Below are positions 1 through 11,100 of a DNA stretch of 64,000 bases, piece by piece. Below the pieces are notes generated by a model. The model saw only the letters and a program-made list of their open reading frames with translations, was not told the DNA's origin and ran no database searches. Position numbers and translations under genes: made by a program. The number at the start of each line of letters is the position of its first letter. Within the stretch, counting starts at the first letter, position 1. The stretch comes from Gemmatimonadaceae bacterium. GTDB taxonomy: Bacteria > Gemmatimonadota > Gemmatimonadetes > Gemmatimonadales > Gemmatimonadaceae. The stretch spans positions 512,001 to 576,000 of the forward strand of contig JBHYGA010000001.1 of assembly GCA_051859245.1 (NCBI GenBank), given 5' to 3'.

Positions 1-361
1 CCGTGGGCGTACTCCAGCGCGTCCGCTCGTGCGTGGTGACCCACGGTCCGAGGGCGCGCACATCCAGGAGCTCCGACTGGGCGGTGGGTACCTCACGAAA
101 GTAACCGGCCAGCAGGCGCCGAAAGGCGTCGACACCGCGTCCGCCGAGCGTGGTGGAGTCTCCCGCGACGTTCAACCAAACCATTCCAGGTGCAACGTGC
201 GCCATCATCGCGTCGAGGTCCTTGGCGTTGAACGCCGCCACGTACGCGCGCACCACAGCGGTCGGGCTGGTGTCTCTTGGCGAGACCGAAGCAACGGCCT
301 GGGCGGGCGCGTCCGTCGCGCCCAGCAGCAGCATCATGAGAAGCGTTGTGGCTCGGATCAT
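1..361 (-). CDS. NTF2/SnoaL-like secreted protein (runs off window edge)
   Basis: Manual minus-strand translation MIRATTLLMMLLLG...PTAVVRAYVAAFNAKDLDAMMAHVAPGMVW...GPWVTTHERTRW; signal peptide plus SnoaL-type motif. Confidence 0.7.
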   Translation of the reverse strand, partial: MIRATTLLMMLLLGATDAPAQAVASVSPRDTSPTAVVRAYVAAFNAKDLDAMMAHVAPGMVWLNVAGDSTTLGGRGVDAFRRLLAGYFREVPTAQSELLDVRALGPWVTTHERTRWSTPT

Positions 362-362
362 C

Positions 363-638
363 CTAGAGACGCCCCGAGCGCATGGCTTCTTGAACCCAGG
401 TGGCGTACTCCGCCTGCATGCATGTGCCACACGGTCGGTAGCCGGCCGCGATGGCGGTCGCCTCGTCCGCGAAGAAGACCCGATGCTTCGCGTATCCCGT
501 AGGCAGCGAGCCGACCGCGCTCCGGCAGTCGAGGCGCCCATAAATTTTCCGCCGGCGGTTCCCGCCAAGAGTACCTGGTACTGCACTCAGCACTTCCTGT
601 CCGTCTGGGCCGATCAGTTTGAATTGTTTTGCGGTCAT
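363..638 (-). CDS. Ada metal-binding domain protein
   Basis: KIYGRLDC...RVFFADEATAIAAGYRPCGTC motif; start taken at MTAKQ. Confidence 0.85.
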   Translation of the reverse strand: MTAKQFKLIGPDGQEVLSAVPGTLGGNRRRKIYGRLDCRSAVGSLPTGYAKHRVFFADEATAIAAGYRPCGTCMQAEYATWVQEAMRSGRL

Positions 639-793
639 GGCGGAAAGATGAGACAGTGCTCGTGAGATGTCGAACGACAAGTAGCAGCTGCAGTCTCATC
701 CTGCCAGGAGAGCGCAGCGTGCGTTACGAACCTCGTCGCCTCCGTAGCTCATTGCTCCGCGGTTAAGACTCGTGTCGGCGACCTGAATACGGC

Positions 794-2254
794 GTGGCTT
801 TGTCTGCAGGATATTGTTCATTGGTGATCACGTTCTCTCCCGCGCCAGCCGACGCCGAATACCCCACCCGCTTCCCGTCGCCATTCGACCGCGGTGCACT
901 GCACCCACTCGCGCGGCGCGCGGCCATGGAACTCGTCGACATGCTGCAGTCGCCGCACGCGAACTCGTGGCGACTGAACGAACCAGGTAACGGCAAGATG
1001 TTCGGCGTGCTTGTCGTCGCCGCACCCGACGGAACCGTCGGTTACCTGCGCGGCTTCTCCGGCATGGTGAACGGACAGTGGGAGATCGAGGGCTGGACGC
1101 CTCCCGCCTTCGATCGCACGATGCGCGACCTCGCGTGGATTCCAGGTGAAGCAGAAATGCTGGACTTCTCGGCGCGACGCGCAACGCTGCTCGCGAGTTT
1201 GCCCGAAAACGCGGATACGCCAGAGGCGCGACGAGTGACCGCTGCCGTACGCGCACTCGATGAAGCGCGCACCGCGCGTTCTCGCACGCTGATGGGACAG
1301 ATCCAGGACAGCTACCACTTCTCGAATGCGCGCGGTGAGGAGCGTTCGCTGCGGGCGATCTTCGCGCCCGCCGAACCACCTGCAGGAGCGGGTGATTGCG
1401 CAGCGCCGAAATTGCTGGCGCACGCGTATCGGCTTGCGCTCCGTCCGCTCGCACTCGCGGAATTCTGGTGGGGCGCTCCGTCGCCAACGGGTGATCGCCG
1501 CGCGGGCGTATTCTACGCCGCATGTCGCGGTAAGTGTCATCCTATTCTCACGCACATGCTTGGTGGACTTGAAGCAGATCCCGCACCGCTCTACGGGTCC
1601 GCCGCGGTCGATGCTGCCGAGCCGGTCGCAGTTTACGAAGACGAACACCTGCTGGTGGTGAACAAACCAAGTGGGCTGCTTACGGTGCCGGGCCGCAGCG
1701 CCTCGTTGCAGGATTGCGTCGTGACGCGACTCCGCGCGCGCTATCCTGACGCGACCGGTCCGATGGTGGTGCATCGTCTCGATCTCGATACGTCGGGATT
1801 GCTCCTCGTCGCGAAAACCCTCACGATTGCATCGGCACTGCAACGTCTTTTCTCACTGCGCCTGATCGACAAACAATACGTGGCATGGCTGGATGGTGAC
1901 GTCACGGGTGATCACGGCCACATCACGTTGCCGCTGCGAATCGATGTGGACGACCGGCCGCGAAACATTCACGATCCGATCTTCGGCAAGCCCGCAGATA
2001 CCGAATGGCGTGTGCTCGCGCGCGAACATGGATGTACGCGAGTGCAGTTCACACCGCACACCGGTCGCACGCACCAGTTGCGTGTGCACTCGGCACACCC
2101 TCAGGGGCTCGACGCGCCCATTGTCGGCGATCGGCTCTACGGGCGAACGGCACCACATGACGACGAACGCCTGTTGCTGCACGCCGAACGGCTGGCATTC
2201 GAACATCCGGTGTCCGGCGCGTCAGTGGTTGTCGAGCAGCCGGCACCGTTCTGA
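794..2254 (+). CDS. RluA-family pseudouridine synthase with N-terminal extension
   Basis: NKPSGLL, HRLDLDTSG, GRTHQLRVH and GDRLYG motifs; start uncertain. Confidence 0.9.
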   Translation: MALSAGYCSLVITFSPAPADAEYPTRFPSPFDRGALHPLARRAAMELVDMLQSPHANSWRLNEPGNGKMFGVLVVAAPDGTVGYLRGFSGMVNGQWEIEGWTPPAFDRTMRDLAWIPGEAEMLDFSARRATLLASLPENADTPEARRVTAAVRALDEARTARSRTLMGQIQDSYHFSNARGEERSLRAIFAPAEPPAGAGDCAAPKLLAHAYRLALRPLALAEFWWGAPSPTGDRRAGVFYAACRGKCHPILTHMLGGLEADPAPLYGSAAVDAAEPVAVYEDEHLLVVNKPSGLLTVPGRSASLQDCVVTRLRARYPDATGPMVVHRLDLDTSGLLLVAKTLTIASALQRLFSLRLIDKQYVAWLDGDVTGDHGHITLPLRIDVDDRPRNIHDPIFGKPADTEWRVLAREHGCTRVQFTPHTGRTHQLRVHSAHPQGLDAPIVGDRLYGRTAPHDDERLLLHAERLAFEHPVSGASVVVEQPAPF

Positions 2255-2271
2255 ATGCGATAGATTCCGAC

Positions 2272-3177
2272 ATGCTCGACTCCCCGCTTTCCGATGCACT
2301 ACGCGCAGCCGAATCTGTGTTGAGCACTTCCCAGTGGGAGGCACGCGCCGCTGCACATTTCGAGCGCGTGCAGCGGTGGACGCAACCGAATAGAGAGAGG
2401 CGATCACGTCGGGAGGTGCATCCCGTCTACGACTTTCTGTTTCAGTATTACAGCTATTCGGGTGGGAAGCTGGAGTCGTGGCATCCGGCACAGCACGAGA
2501 TGCTTGTCGATAGCGCGGAAGCGCGGGCGCGATTCAAGGGACCGGAGTATCATGTGACCGACGGCGTGATCCGTCGGAACACAAGCGCCCTTTCGTCTGC
2601 GGAGCGTGCGACGCTCGACGACGTGCTGCACTTACTGCGTGCGACACGAGATCGACCCGCGAACTTTGGATGCTTTGGCATGCACGAGTGGGCAATGGTG
2701 TATGGCGGTCACGACGTGCGGCATGCTGCGATCGCACCGCTCCGTCTACCGCAGCAACAGGTGGACGCGTTTGTGGAGAGTCGTCCTGTCGCGTGCAGTC
2801 ACTTCGACGCCTTCCGGTTTTTCGCGCCCGCCGCGAAGCCGATGAATCGCGTTGCGCTGTCGTGGTCAACGCGACATGACGTCGAGCAGCCAGGCTGCAT
2901 CCATGCCAACATGGACCTGTATCGCTGGGCGTACACGTCGATGCCGTGGATCGGGAGCGATCTGCTGTGGGATTGTTTTGCACTCGCGGTGGAACTGCGG
3001 GTGCTCGACATGCAGGCCGGTCCGTATGACCTTCGCTCCATCGGCTTCGCCCCAGTGTGTGTGGAGACGCCCGCAGGGAGAGACGAATACCAGCGACGTC
3101 AGCGGAGCCTGAGTGAACGTGCGAGCGTATTGCGGGCGCGGTTGATCGATGCGGTGGGGGGCATTCTCTCTGGTTGA
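2272..3177 (+). CDS. Protein of the family annotated as 3-methyladenine DNA glycosylase (actinobacterial type)
   Basis: HPVYDFLFQYYS, CFGMHEWAMVY, CSHFDAFRFF and EQPGCIHANMDLY motifs. Confidence 0.75.
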   Translation: MLDSPLSDALRAAESVLSTSQWEARAAAHFERVQRWTQPNRERRSRREVHPVYDFLFQYYSYSGGKLESWHPAQHEMLVDSAEARARFKGPEYHVTDGVIRRNTSALSSAERATLDDVLHLLRATRDRPANFGCFGMHEWAMVYGGHDVRHAAIAPLRLPQQQVDAFVESRPVACSHFDAFRFFAPAAKPMNRVALSWSTRHDVEQPGCIHANMDLYRWAYTSMPWIGSDLLWDCFALAVELRVLDMQAGPYDLRSIGFAPVCVETPAGRDEYQRRQRSLSERASVLRARLIDAVGGILSG

Positions 3178-3203
3178 CCGAACAGGCCACCGCGAACGTC
3201 GCA

Positions 3204-3734
3204 TTACTCAAATTGATCCGAATACACGACGACCGTATTTGCCACTCTATCGTGCAGTGTGCGGCGTGCCACGTCGCGCCATGCTGACAACCACGTGGCA
3301 AGTATCACGACCCACATAAGTATTCCGCATCCAATGGCCACAGCGGACCCCAGTGAGGTGGTCTGGCTATAGAAGAGTGCGATGTGATTCAGTTCGAATG
3401 GAAGCAACTTGATGGCATTACGCCCGAGCGCTCGCGGCCAGTTGAGTGGATCCGCACTGCGCGATACCACACGCAATCCCAGCCATGCGGCAGCAGGCGA
3501 CGCACCGCGAGGCCGTCTGTCGCACCACGCGAAGTAGACGCAGAGGGGCAGTGTCACCGTACTAAAGACCCACACGTGCAGCACCGTGGGCGTGGCATTG
3601 CTGCGCGCTGGATTGACGACGTAGAACAGTGCCTGCGTCGCTGCAATCGCCAGATAGGCCAGGGCCGAGTCGAGAACAAAGGCTGAGAGGCGACGGCGCA
3701 GTGATGCCGGTACGCCTGAGGAGTGTGAAGTCAT
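3204..3734 (-). CDS. RDD family membrane protein
   Basis: RRLSAFVLD...LGLRVV...RRTLHDRVANTVVV. Confidence 0.8.
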   Translation of the reverse strand: MTSHSSGVPASLRRRLSAFVLDSALAYLAIAATQALFYVVNPARSNATPTVLHVWVFSTVTLPLCVYFAWCDRRPRGASPAAAWLGLRVVSRSADPLNWPRALGRNAIKLLPFELNHIALFYSQTTSLGSAVAIGCGILMWVVILATWLSAWRDVARRTLHDRVANTVVVYSDQFE

Positions 3735-3819
3735 GCGGTCATGATGGCGCGTGCCCGTTCGCATGCCAACCAGCAACTAAGTGAAGCGTCATCTCGCTGC
3801 GGTGAACTGCAGTGACGAG

Positions 3820-4605
3820 CTAGAGAGTTTGCTCGCGGATACGCTTGGAGTGGGAACGGCTCGCCAGCACGGTGCTACCATCTCGCAGTTGTACCTGAAA
3901 TCGACTTCCGTCGTACGGGATGAACTGTTGAATGTGGCGCTGGTTCACGACATGCGAGCGGTGCACTCGAAGAAACATCCCTTCCGGCAGTCGCCGCTCA
4001 ATCTCGAACAGCGGCATGTGCACGAGAAATCGGCGCCCCTGCGCGTGAATAGCCACATAGATGTCATCGGCCTCAAGACGTACAATGTCCTGAATGCGAA
4101 GCGCGACAATGCGCGCGCCGTCACGCACAAACACGGTGTGTAGTGGCTCCGCCTGCAACACGGCGCGCACTCTGTCACGCGTTGATTCGCCGTCATCATC
4201 ACCGCGTCGTCGGAGGAACACTTGCTCGCGGGCGCGCTCGACAGCTTGGTGTATCCGTGACGAATCAAATGGCTTCAGCACGTAGTCGATTGCAGCGAGC
4301 TCAAACGCATGCGTTGCATGCTCCCCATGCGCTGTAACGAAGACCACGGCCGGCGGATGCGCGCAACGCGTCAGTACCTCCATACCCGAGTAGCCTGGCA
4401 ACTGGATGTCCAGGAGGACCACATCGACATCATGGAACGCAAGCATTGCTGATGCCGACGGACCGTCCGCTGCCGAGCCGACGACCACGACGTTCGACAT
4501 GCGAGCGAGCTCGTCGAGCAACGCACGCCGCGCCAGTGGTTCGTCTTCGACCACGAGCACGCGAATTGGTGTCGTGTGTTGGTGATCGCGATCGGCCGCA
4601 GTCAC
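3820..4605 (-). CDS. LytTR-family response regulator
   Basis: Receiver domain (VVEDE, LLDIQLPG, DYVLKP) plus LytTR (FLRVHRSHVVN). Confidence 0.92.
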   Translation of the reverse strand: MTAADRDHQHTTPIRVLVVEDEPLARRALLDELARMSNVVVVGSAADGPSASAMLAFHDVDVVLLDIQLPGYSGMEVLTRCAHPPAVVFVTAHGEHATHAFELAAIDYVLKPFDSSRIHQAVERAREQVFLRRRGDDDGESTRDRVRAVLQAEPLHTVFVRDGARIVALRIQDIVRLEADDIYVAIHAQGRRFLVHMPLFEIERRLPEGMFLRVHRSHVVNQRHIQQFIPYDGSRFQVQLRDGSTVLASRSHSKRIREQTL

Positions 4606-5726
4606 GATTCGCTCGAGTGCGCAGGCATTCGGAGCACGACGTGATACCCACCGTCGTTCCCGCTCGCAATCTGCATGCTTGCGTTCGTGCCGTACGCGCT
4701 TTGCAGGCGCTCCAACACGGCACGCTGACCAATGCCGATTCCGTTACCGAATCCGTTTGCTGAATGCGACGTCACGCCGATACCGTCATCGCGCACATCG
4801 ATGCGGAGCTGTCGATCGCGGACCACCGCCAGTATCTGCAGCGTGCTGGCGCCGAGTTTTGGAAAGATCCCATGGCGAACGGCGTTCTCCACCAGTGGTT
4901 GCAATGTGAGCGCGGGCAGCAGGCACTCACGCGCCTCCTCCGAGAGCGCAACGCGCACACTCAATCGATCCTGCATGCGCAGTTGCTCGATGTCGAGATA
5001 GTCGCGAACGAGTTGCCATTCTTCAGCGACCGTGACCAGATGATCGGCACGGCCGCCAAGCTCCAGCACGCGACGAAGCAATGTCCCGGTGCGAACCAGC
5101 ATCGCCCGCGCCGTGGCTGGATCGCGCTCCACCACCGCCGCAATGCTGTTGAGCGCATTGAACAGGAAGTGTGGATTCAAATGTGACCGAATCGTGCGCA
5201 ACTCCGCTTGTGCACGAAGCGCGTCTGCCCGGTGTGCTTCACCTACCGCCGTGCGCAGTGCCAAATCCTGTTCCCGTGCGCGACGCATGGACTGCACCAT
5301 GGTCATCGCGACCAGAGCGAGCGAAAAGAGCCAAAGTCCACCGAAGGCGTCCCATGCCACCGCGTCGACGACGGTATCGGTCTCGACCCCTGCGACCCGC
5401 AAGCCCAGTCCCCACACGGCCGCATGCGCGGTGGCGAGGAGCAGCACCGCGAGCGCGGCGCCCAGACGATGCCGCCAGCGTGCGAGGTGTTCCGACTGGA
5501 TACGTCTCGCCATCGGCCACAGCAACAGTGCCAGCGTTGCGGATAGCGCACAGTTTGCTGCGGCATACCATGCAGCCGCCGAGAGCGAACCTCCGGGGCC
5601 TGCGGCGAACCCGATGAAGTACATGGCGGTCACGGGAAGCCAAGCCGCCAGGTAGCTGAGCAGCCACAGTGTCCTCGTGACGCGTGAATGCGTGTCGATA
5701 GCCGAAGGCACCCCGGTCGTTTTCAT
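4602..5726 (-). CDS. LytS/YehU-type sensor histidine kinase
   Basis: TM helices, HLNPHFLFNALN, LQPLVENAVRHG, DDGIG. Confidence 0.92.
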   Translation of the reverse strand: MKTTGVPSAIDTHSRVTRTLWLLSYLAAWLPVTAMYFIGFAAGPGGSLSAAAWYAAANCALSATLALLLWPMARRIQSEHLARWRHRLGAALAVLLLATAHAAVWGLGLRVAGVETDTVVDAVAWDAFGGLWLFSLALVAMTMVQSMRRAREQDLALRTAVGEAHRADALRAQAELRTIRSHLNPHFLFNALNSIAAVVERDPATARAMLVRTGTLLRRVLELGGRADHLVTVAEEWQLVRDYLDIEQLRMQDRLSVRVALSEEARECLLPALTLQPLVENAVRHGIFPKLGASTLQILAVVRDRQLRIDVRDDGIGVTSHSANGFGNGIGIGQRAVLERLQSAYGTNASMQIASGNDGGYHVVLRMPAHSSES

Positions 5727-5833
5727 CGTGATCGAAGAGTAGCGTGGCGCTCACGTGCAGGCGCGCATCGCTGTGGCGAACGGGCATATGGATGAGGTGA
5801 GCCGTGAACCCATCGCGAACTCGAGACGGAGGA

Positions 5834-6130
5834 TCAGCACTTCCGTACGTCCTCCCGGGATTCCGCCCCGACTTGGGTCCAGTCTTCAGCTGACAATCGG
5901 GTGACTTCGACCGGAGCCGAAGAGGTGAGTCGAGCGGCGTACTCCGCCGACGTCAAGCCACCGAGGCTGCTGTGACTGTGTTCCGCGTGGTACTCGACGC
6001 GAAAGGCTTCGATCTTGACCTGCGCGTCCACCGGCGAGGTGAAGAAGTGCTCGTTCAGGCATTCGTCGCGCAGTCGACTGTTGAAGCTGTCGATGAACGC
6101 GTTGAAGTTGAGCTTGCCGGGCCGACTGGA
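5834..6130 (-). mobile_element. IS3-family transposase remnant (C-terminal integrase core only)
   Basis: Manual translation SRPGKLNFNAFIDSFNSRLRDECLNEHFFTS...HSSLGGLTSAEYA; 5' part missing. Confidence 0.85.
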
Positions 6131-6151
6131 GTCGAGTCATTGTGTAAGTCG

Positions 6152-6248
6152 ACCTAACGCCTACCGTTCAGCTGAAGCCGCATCAAATAGAAGCGCGCGA
6201 AGCGCGCCATCCATCGCGCGGCTGTCAGTCTGCAACGGCTTGTTAGGC
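6152..6248 (-). mobile_element. Integron attC site (attC-1)
   Basis: Minus strand GCCTAAC-N5-GTTGCAG...CTGAAC-N7-GTTAGGT; imperfect hairpin; the upstream ORF's TAA lies in the R'' box. Confidence 0.9.
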
Positions 6249-6812
6249 CGATTTCGTAATTGGTATTTTGCCGACGAAGTAGAGACCTTCGCCGAGTGAG
6301 CCGAGGTCAGACAGCGACGCGGCCGAGGGTTGAAGGCATCCGACGTTGGCATCGAAATGGTAGAACGTGACATCTCGGATGATCGAGATTGAATGCATGC
6401 CCGACAGACCGCCAAAACGGCTTGAGTTAACAAATGCCATCAGCGCGGATTCCGAGTACCCGAGTAGGTCTTGCTCAATCTTCGCAGCATTGGTGGTGAC
6501 GTCGGCATAGGATGTATGGCTCACGGCTGCCCTCGCTCGCACAAAGATCGAGTGATTCGACGTTTCATGTAATGATTGAATGACTTTGTAGCCGCTCATG
6601 CCGGGCTGGCTATACCTCACGACGAAGTCGGCGAGATACGTAGCCTCGGCACATCGAGGATCAGGCGACAACCCGAAGTGCTCACAGTACGCGACAAAGT
6701 ACGAGAGGGGCGTCGCCCGCAGCCACGGCCATAGTGCCGAGGCGTAGCTCGCCAACACGCAGTAATTCCCCGATTGCACGTATGCCAAGCTTTCGAAATT
6801 TCGTCGGTCCAC
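6243..6812 (-). CDS. Integron cassette hypothetical protein, possible papain-like fold
   Basis: 189-aa ORF between two attC sites; QSGNYC...MHSISI...HFDAN. Confidence 0.7.
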   Translation of the reverse strand: MDRRNFESLAYVQSGNYCVLASYASALWPWLRATPLSYFVAYCEHFGLSPDPRCAEATYLADFVVRYSQPGMSGYKVIQSLHETSNHSIFVRARAAVSHTSYADVTTNAAKIEQDLLGYSESALMAFVNSSRFGGLSGMHSISIIRDVTFYHFDANVGCLQPSAASLSDLGSLGEGLYFVGKIPITKSA

Positions 6813-6830
6813 ACTCCCTCCCTGTATTCG

Positions 6831-6922
6831 GCCTAACGCCAGCTGCTGCAGCGGGCGTTAAATGAAATGCGCGCGCAGCGCGCTACGGACAGTTCGCCCG
6901 ACTGCAGCAAGCATCGTTAGGT
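6831..6922 (-). mobile_element. Integron attC site (attC-2)
   Basis: Minus strand ACCTAAC...TGCTGCAG...CTGCAGCA...GTTAGGC; stop of the TIR ORF inside R''. Confidence 0.88.
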
Positions 6923-7885
6923 GCCGTCTAGTGGAAATGCAGCTCTGACAAGTGCAGCGACCAGCTCGTCCGCCAACTCCGTCGAGCTGAATGGGCGCCC
7001 GCGTCCGTCCTCGTGCCAGACCCATCGATCACCCTTGGCAAGCCGAGAGCGGAAATCTCTATCTACAAGTCGAGTGACCTGATGGCTATCATAGCCACGC
7101 GCGCCAGGAAACCGCATGTATCCGCGGATGATTCGAGCATGAAGTCCAGACTTCTCGAGCGTGTTACTCCAGTTGAGCCGGAATCCAATTGAAAGAGCGT
7201 GATCGCGAATCTGCACGACGACGTGCTCACCGTCGGCGCCGGATACTACTCGCTCACCTGGAGCGTTCTGAGCAATCAGCGCGACTGACCGCTCAACGTG
7301 CTCGAACATGACGATTAGCTCGGACTTGAGCATTCGAACTCCGGCGTCGCTCGACTCAATGCTCGCCCGTCTCTCCTCATCCTGGTGTGTCCTCAACAAT
7401 CGCTCGGCGAGCTCCGCAGGCGTCTCTATGCGCTCCTGCACCCCAATCTCGCGCGTACGCGCAAGAACGACCGCCGCGAGGCCGTCGACACCGAAGTCAG
7501 CGACACTCGCGTAGATGCGGCTCTGTGGTAGCCATTTAGGCGGCTTCTCGCCGGCTACCAAAGAAGCGAGCAGAACCGTCTCCCACCCGCCCTCGAGCGC
7601 TCGGTCTTTAATCGCTGCTGCTTCAACTCTGGTCCAAGGAGTCTGCTCGTAGCCCTCGCGGAAGAGGATCACATTTAGAGCGGACTCACTTCTAAACGGA
7701 CTGCGAAAGGTTTCGAGGCCGTCCGTGCCGGCCACTTCTTCTTGACTACGCTCGTACATAAAGACCTTTAGACGTGGCGCCAGCGCTGCGTAGAGCGCAC
7801 GGGCTATATCAATGTCGCGAGCGAGAAATGAGATGGCTACGTGATACTTGAACTCTGGCATCTTTAGTTGGACGTCCGTGGACAC
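6917..7885 (-). CDS. TIR-domain protein (integron cassette)
   Basis: YHVAISFLARD...VFMYE...GYEQTPWTRVEAAAI TIR pattern with conserved Glu; true start may be ATG 7861. Confidence 0.8.
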   Translation of the reverse strand: MSTDVQLKMPEFKYHVAISFLARDIDIARALYAALAPRLKVFMYERSQEEVAGTDGLETFRSPFRSESALNVILFREGYEQTPWTRVEAAAIKDRALEGGWETVLLASLVAGEKPPKWLPQSRIYASVADFGVDGLAAVVLARTREIGVQERIETPAELAERLLRTHQDEERRASIESSDAGVRMLKSELIVMFEHVERSVALIAQNAPGERVVSGADGEHVVVQIRDHALSIGFRLNWSNTLEKSGLHARIIRGYMRFPGARGYDSHQVTRLVDRDFRSRLAKGDRWVWHEDGRGRPFSSTELADELVAALVRAAFPLDGT

Positions 7886-7976
7886 CTAACGCCCAGCTTC
7901 TGTTGCGAGCGGACGGCAAGAGGCTTCATGCGACGCAGATGGTCGGTCCGCTCGGCAACAGCAAGCACCGTTAGGC
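7884..7976 (-). mobile_element. Integron attC site (attC-3)
   Basis: Minus strand GCCTAAC...CTGTTGCCGAGCGGAC...GTCCGCTCGCAACAG...GTTAGGT. Confidence 0.88.
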
Positions 7977-8082
7977 CGCGCCACGCAGATGTTGCGTCGA
8001 AACAGCCCGTCGCGCAACGAAACGGTGACGGTCACCGGCCGGGTCGGGCGTACGCTCGACGCTCCCCGGTCCCGAAGCGCGG

Positions 8083-8116
8083 TTGCCCCACGCGGCGCGC
8101 GCGCTAGAATTTCATC
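8083..8116 (+). promoter_or_regulatory. Sigma70-like leaderless promoter of the STAND gene
   Basis: TTGCCC-16nt-TAGAAT-6nt-ATG, no Shine-Dalgarno. Confidence 0.55.
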
Positions 8117-11100
8117 ATGCCAGCAAAGGGTGGAGCATCCGGGAAGTTTGGCGACCAGTACGAAGCGCTCTGGACAGTCGACGCATTGCTACGGGTCGTT
8201 GATGGCCAAGCAGATTCCGTCACGTATGAATCCCTCGACCCTGCGTTGTCCCGTGGTGTTGAGTTCAATCTACGGTCGTCAGCAGGGTACCTGGAGTTCT
8301 GGTCGATCAAGCGACAGACGGCCACGGCGGCCGGGTGGACTCTTGCAACGCTAGTGAAGCCGGACAATGCCGGTAGATCAATCCTTGGCGACCTTATTGC
8401 CCACGTAGAACGTAACGTCAGCAATATCGCCGTTTTTGCATCCACACTTGGAGCGGCAAAGCTTGAAGAACTTCGTTCCGCTTCAGCAACAGCTGATACC
8501 TTCAATGCACGCCTCGATCAATCCAAGGAACTCACCGCCGACTACAAAAGGTACCTCCTACCCCTCTTCGGTGGTGATCAAGAGCGTGCTCGCCAGTTCC
8601 TGACACGGGTCCAAATCCGAACATCGGATGAGACATCGCTCCGGACTAATATTGAATCGGCGATCTCTCGACTGTTCTATCGAGAGACGGGTGAAGCAAT
8701 CAATGCGTCCGGGATCCGCCGATTTCTGGCCGAATACCTGCTCAATCACATCCACGAGCAGATCGATCGGAGCATGCTATTTGACCACATCGCGGCGAAC
8801 GGCATCCGCCGAATGGATTGGAAGGTCGAGAAGACGATCCGCGAGAAAGTTTCGGCGCTCTGCGATGAGTATACCCAACCGCTACGTGAGCAGTTGATTC
8901 GCGGTGTGCTTCAGACATTGCCGGGGGCAGACAAGTTGCTCGGCCCTGACGGACTGCCGATTGCCCGACGGACGCTTCTTGCGGGTGGTGCTGGGGGAGG
9001 CAAGAGCACTGAACTTGCGCACATTGTGGAACGACTTCGCAAGGCGGAAATACCCACGCTTCCTATACGGCTGGACGTTGTCCCAGAGAGCATTCTCACG
9101 CCGACGAGATTGGGGAGCGATGTGCTGTCCCTTCACACATCCCCAGTGGCCTTACTTGCGGGTATCGCCGAAGGCGGGAACTGTGTTCTGGTCATCGATC
9201 AGCTCGACGCTGTAAGCCTTGCCTCTGGTCGCCGCACCGAGGTCTGGACGCTGTTCGAGCGGCTATTGGCCGAGGCGGACGGCTATCCGAACCTTAGGAT
9301 CGTAGTCGCCTGTCGAGCTTTCGACCTGGAGCACGATCATCGAATGCGGTCGCTGAAGGCAAAGTCGTCCGTATTCGAGGTCGTCGAGATCGGCTCATTC
9401 GACTCGAAAACGGTGAACGCCATTCTAGGGGATCGGAAGGTACATCCCAAGCTGAAGCCTCTACTAGTTGTTCCTCTCCATCTCGCCATGTTCCAATCGT
9501 TGGCGACAGGCGAGAGCGAACGCATCGAAACCCGTGATGAACTGTTTGCGGCCTTTTGGACCGACAAGCAGCGGAAGACGTCACATCGCCTTGGGAGAGA
9601 TTGCAACTTCGCCGGTGTGATCGATTGGCTGGCTACTTGGCTGAGTGATCATCAAGAGTTGTCGGCGCCTGCCAGCATGCTCCCGGACGAGAGGCGTGTG
9701 GATGCCGACGCCCTGACGTCAGAGCACGTGTTGGTGCTCGCGGACGGTCGATACCGATTCTTCCACGAGACGTTCTTCGACTATGCCTTCGCTCGCCGCT
9801 TCGTCCAGCGAGGCGAAACATTGATGGATCTGGTGCTACACGGAGAACAGCATCTGTTTCGTCGAGCACAGGTACGACAGATTCTCACGTTTCTGCGCGC
9901 GAATGATCGGGCGCGATACCTCGAAGAATTGCAGTCCATCCTCAGCGAGGATCGCGTCCGCTTTCACATAAAGCGAGTGTTGTTTCAATTCCTTTCAGCG
10001 CTCTCTGATCCGACGCACCCGGAGTGGGCCGTGCTGCACGAGCTTTCGTCTGTACAGCCGGATTTACTTGGCCAAGTAAATGGAGTTGTATCGAATCACG
10101 CCGGCTGGTTCGATGTGATGCGTGCGGACGGATTTTTCGACGCGGCGCTGTCGAGCAGGGAGGCGAAGCAAGAGGAACGCGCTATATGGCTCTGTGGAAT
10201 GCCAAGGGTAATGGAGCAGTGTTCCGCGCAAGTTGCCGGGCTATTGGTGAAGTACCGGCGCGATGATGAAGCGTGGCGAAAGTATCACCGACATATCTGT
10301 CGGACTGGAAATACATTCCACAGCCGCGAGATGTTCGACCTATTCCTCTACCTGATTCGGGATGGGACGCTTGATGGAGCACGGCCCGGTTTCGCAGTTA
10401 ATGACAACTGGTGGAGTATGCTTTACTCGGTAGCGGACAAGGCCCCTGCATTGGCTAGTGAGGCAATTGCGGCCTGGTTTGACCGAAAGCTAGAAATCTG
10501 GCGTGCGGAAACCTCGGAAAGAAACGCGCTCACGAATGGTGGAGACGACGCAGACGTAGGGGACGAAAACGCCCCTGTCACCGATGCTGTTGAGTCGTCG
10601 GCGCAGAACTTGCGACGACACGTTGAAGACGACGGAAATGACTGGGGCGTTATCCAAAAGGCCGCAGAAGCGTCGTTGGAATTCGCGCAGCATCTGTTAC
10701 CCCGAATCGCAGACGTCGCCGCTGAGCAAGCGAAGCCCTCCGGTGATGATTTGGCAATTGACCCGCTGTGGTCGTTTAGGATGTTCGGAGATAGCGGGCA
10801 TGGAGCGTCCGACTTAGTCCTCAGCAACGTCGCGCAAGCACTTGAGAGGCTCGCGCAGAAGTGCCCTGAAGAGCTGGACAAGATTCTCGCGCCATACACT
10901 GAACGCCCGCACGACGCCATTGCCTATCTTGTGCTCCGCTCATGGACAGCTGCTCCAACCACCTACGCAGAACGTTGTGCTCAATATCTGAGCGAAGACG
11001 CGCGGCGACTGAAGATCGGATACGCGTCGTGGGGCGGAGGTGCTGGGGCCGGAATGGCATCCGGATACCGATCGATTGAGGCAATACGCGCATCGTCGCC

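Noticed and set aside
5834..6130. Active IS element
   Set aside because: Only the C-terminal ~100 codons remain; no orfA or left end
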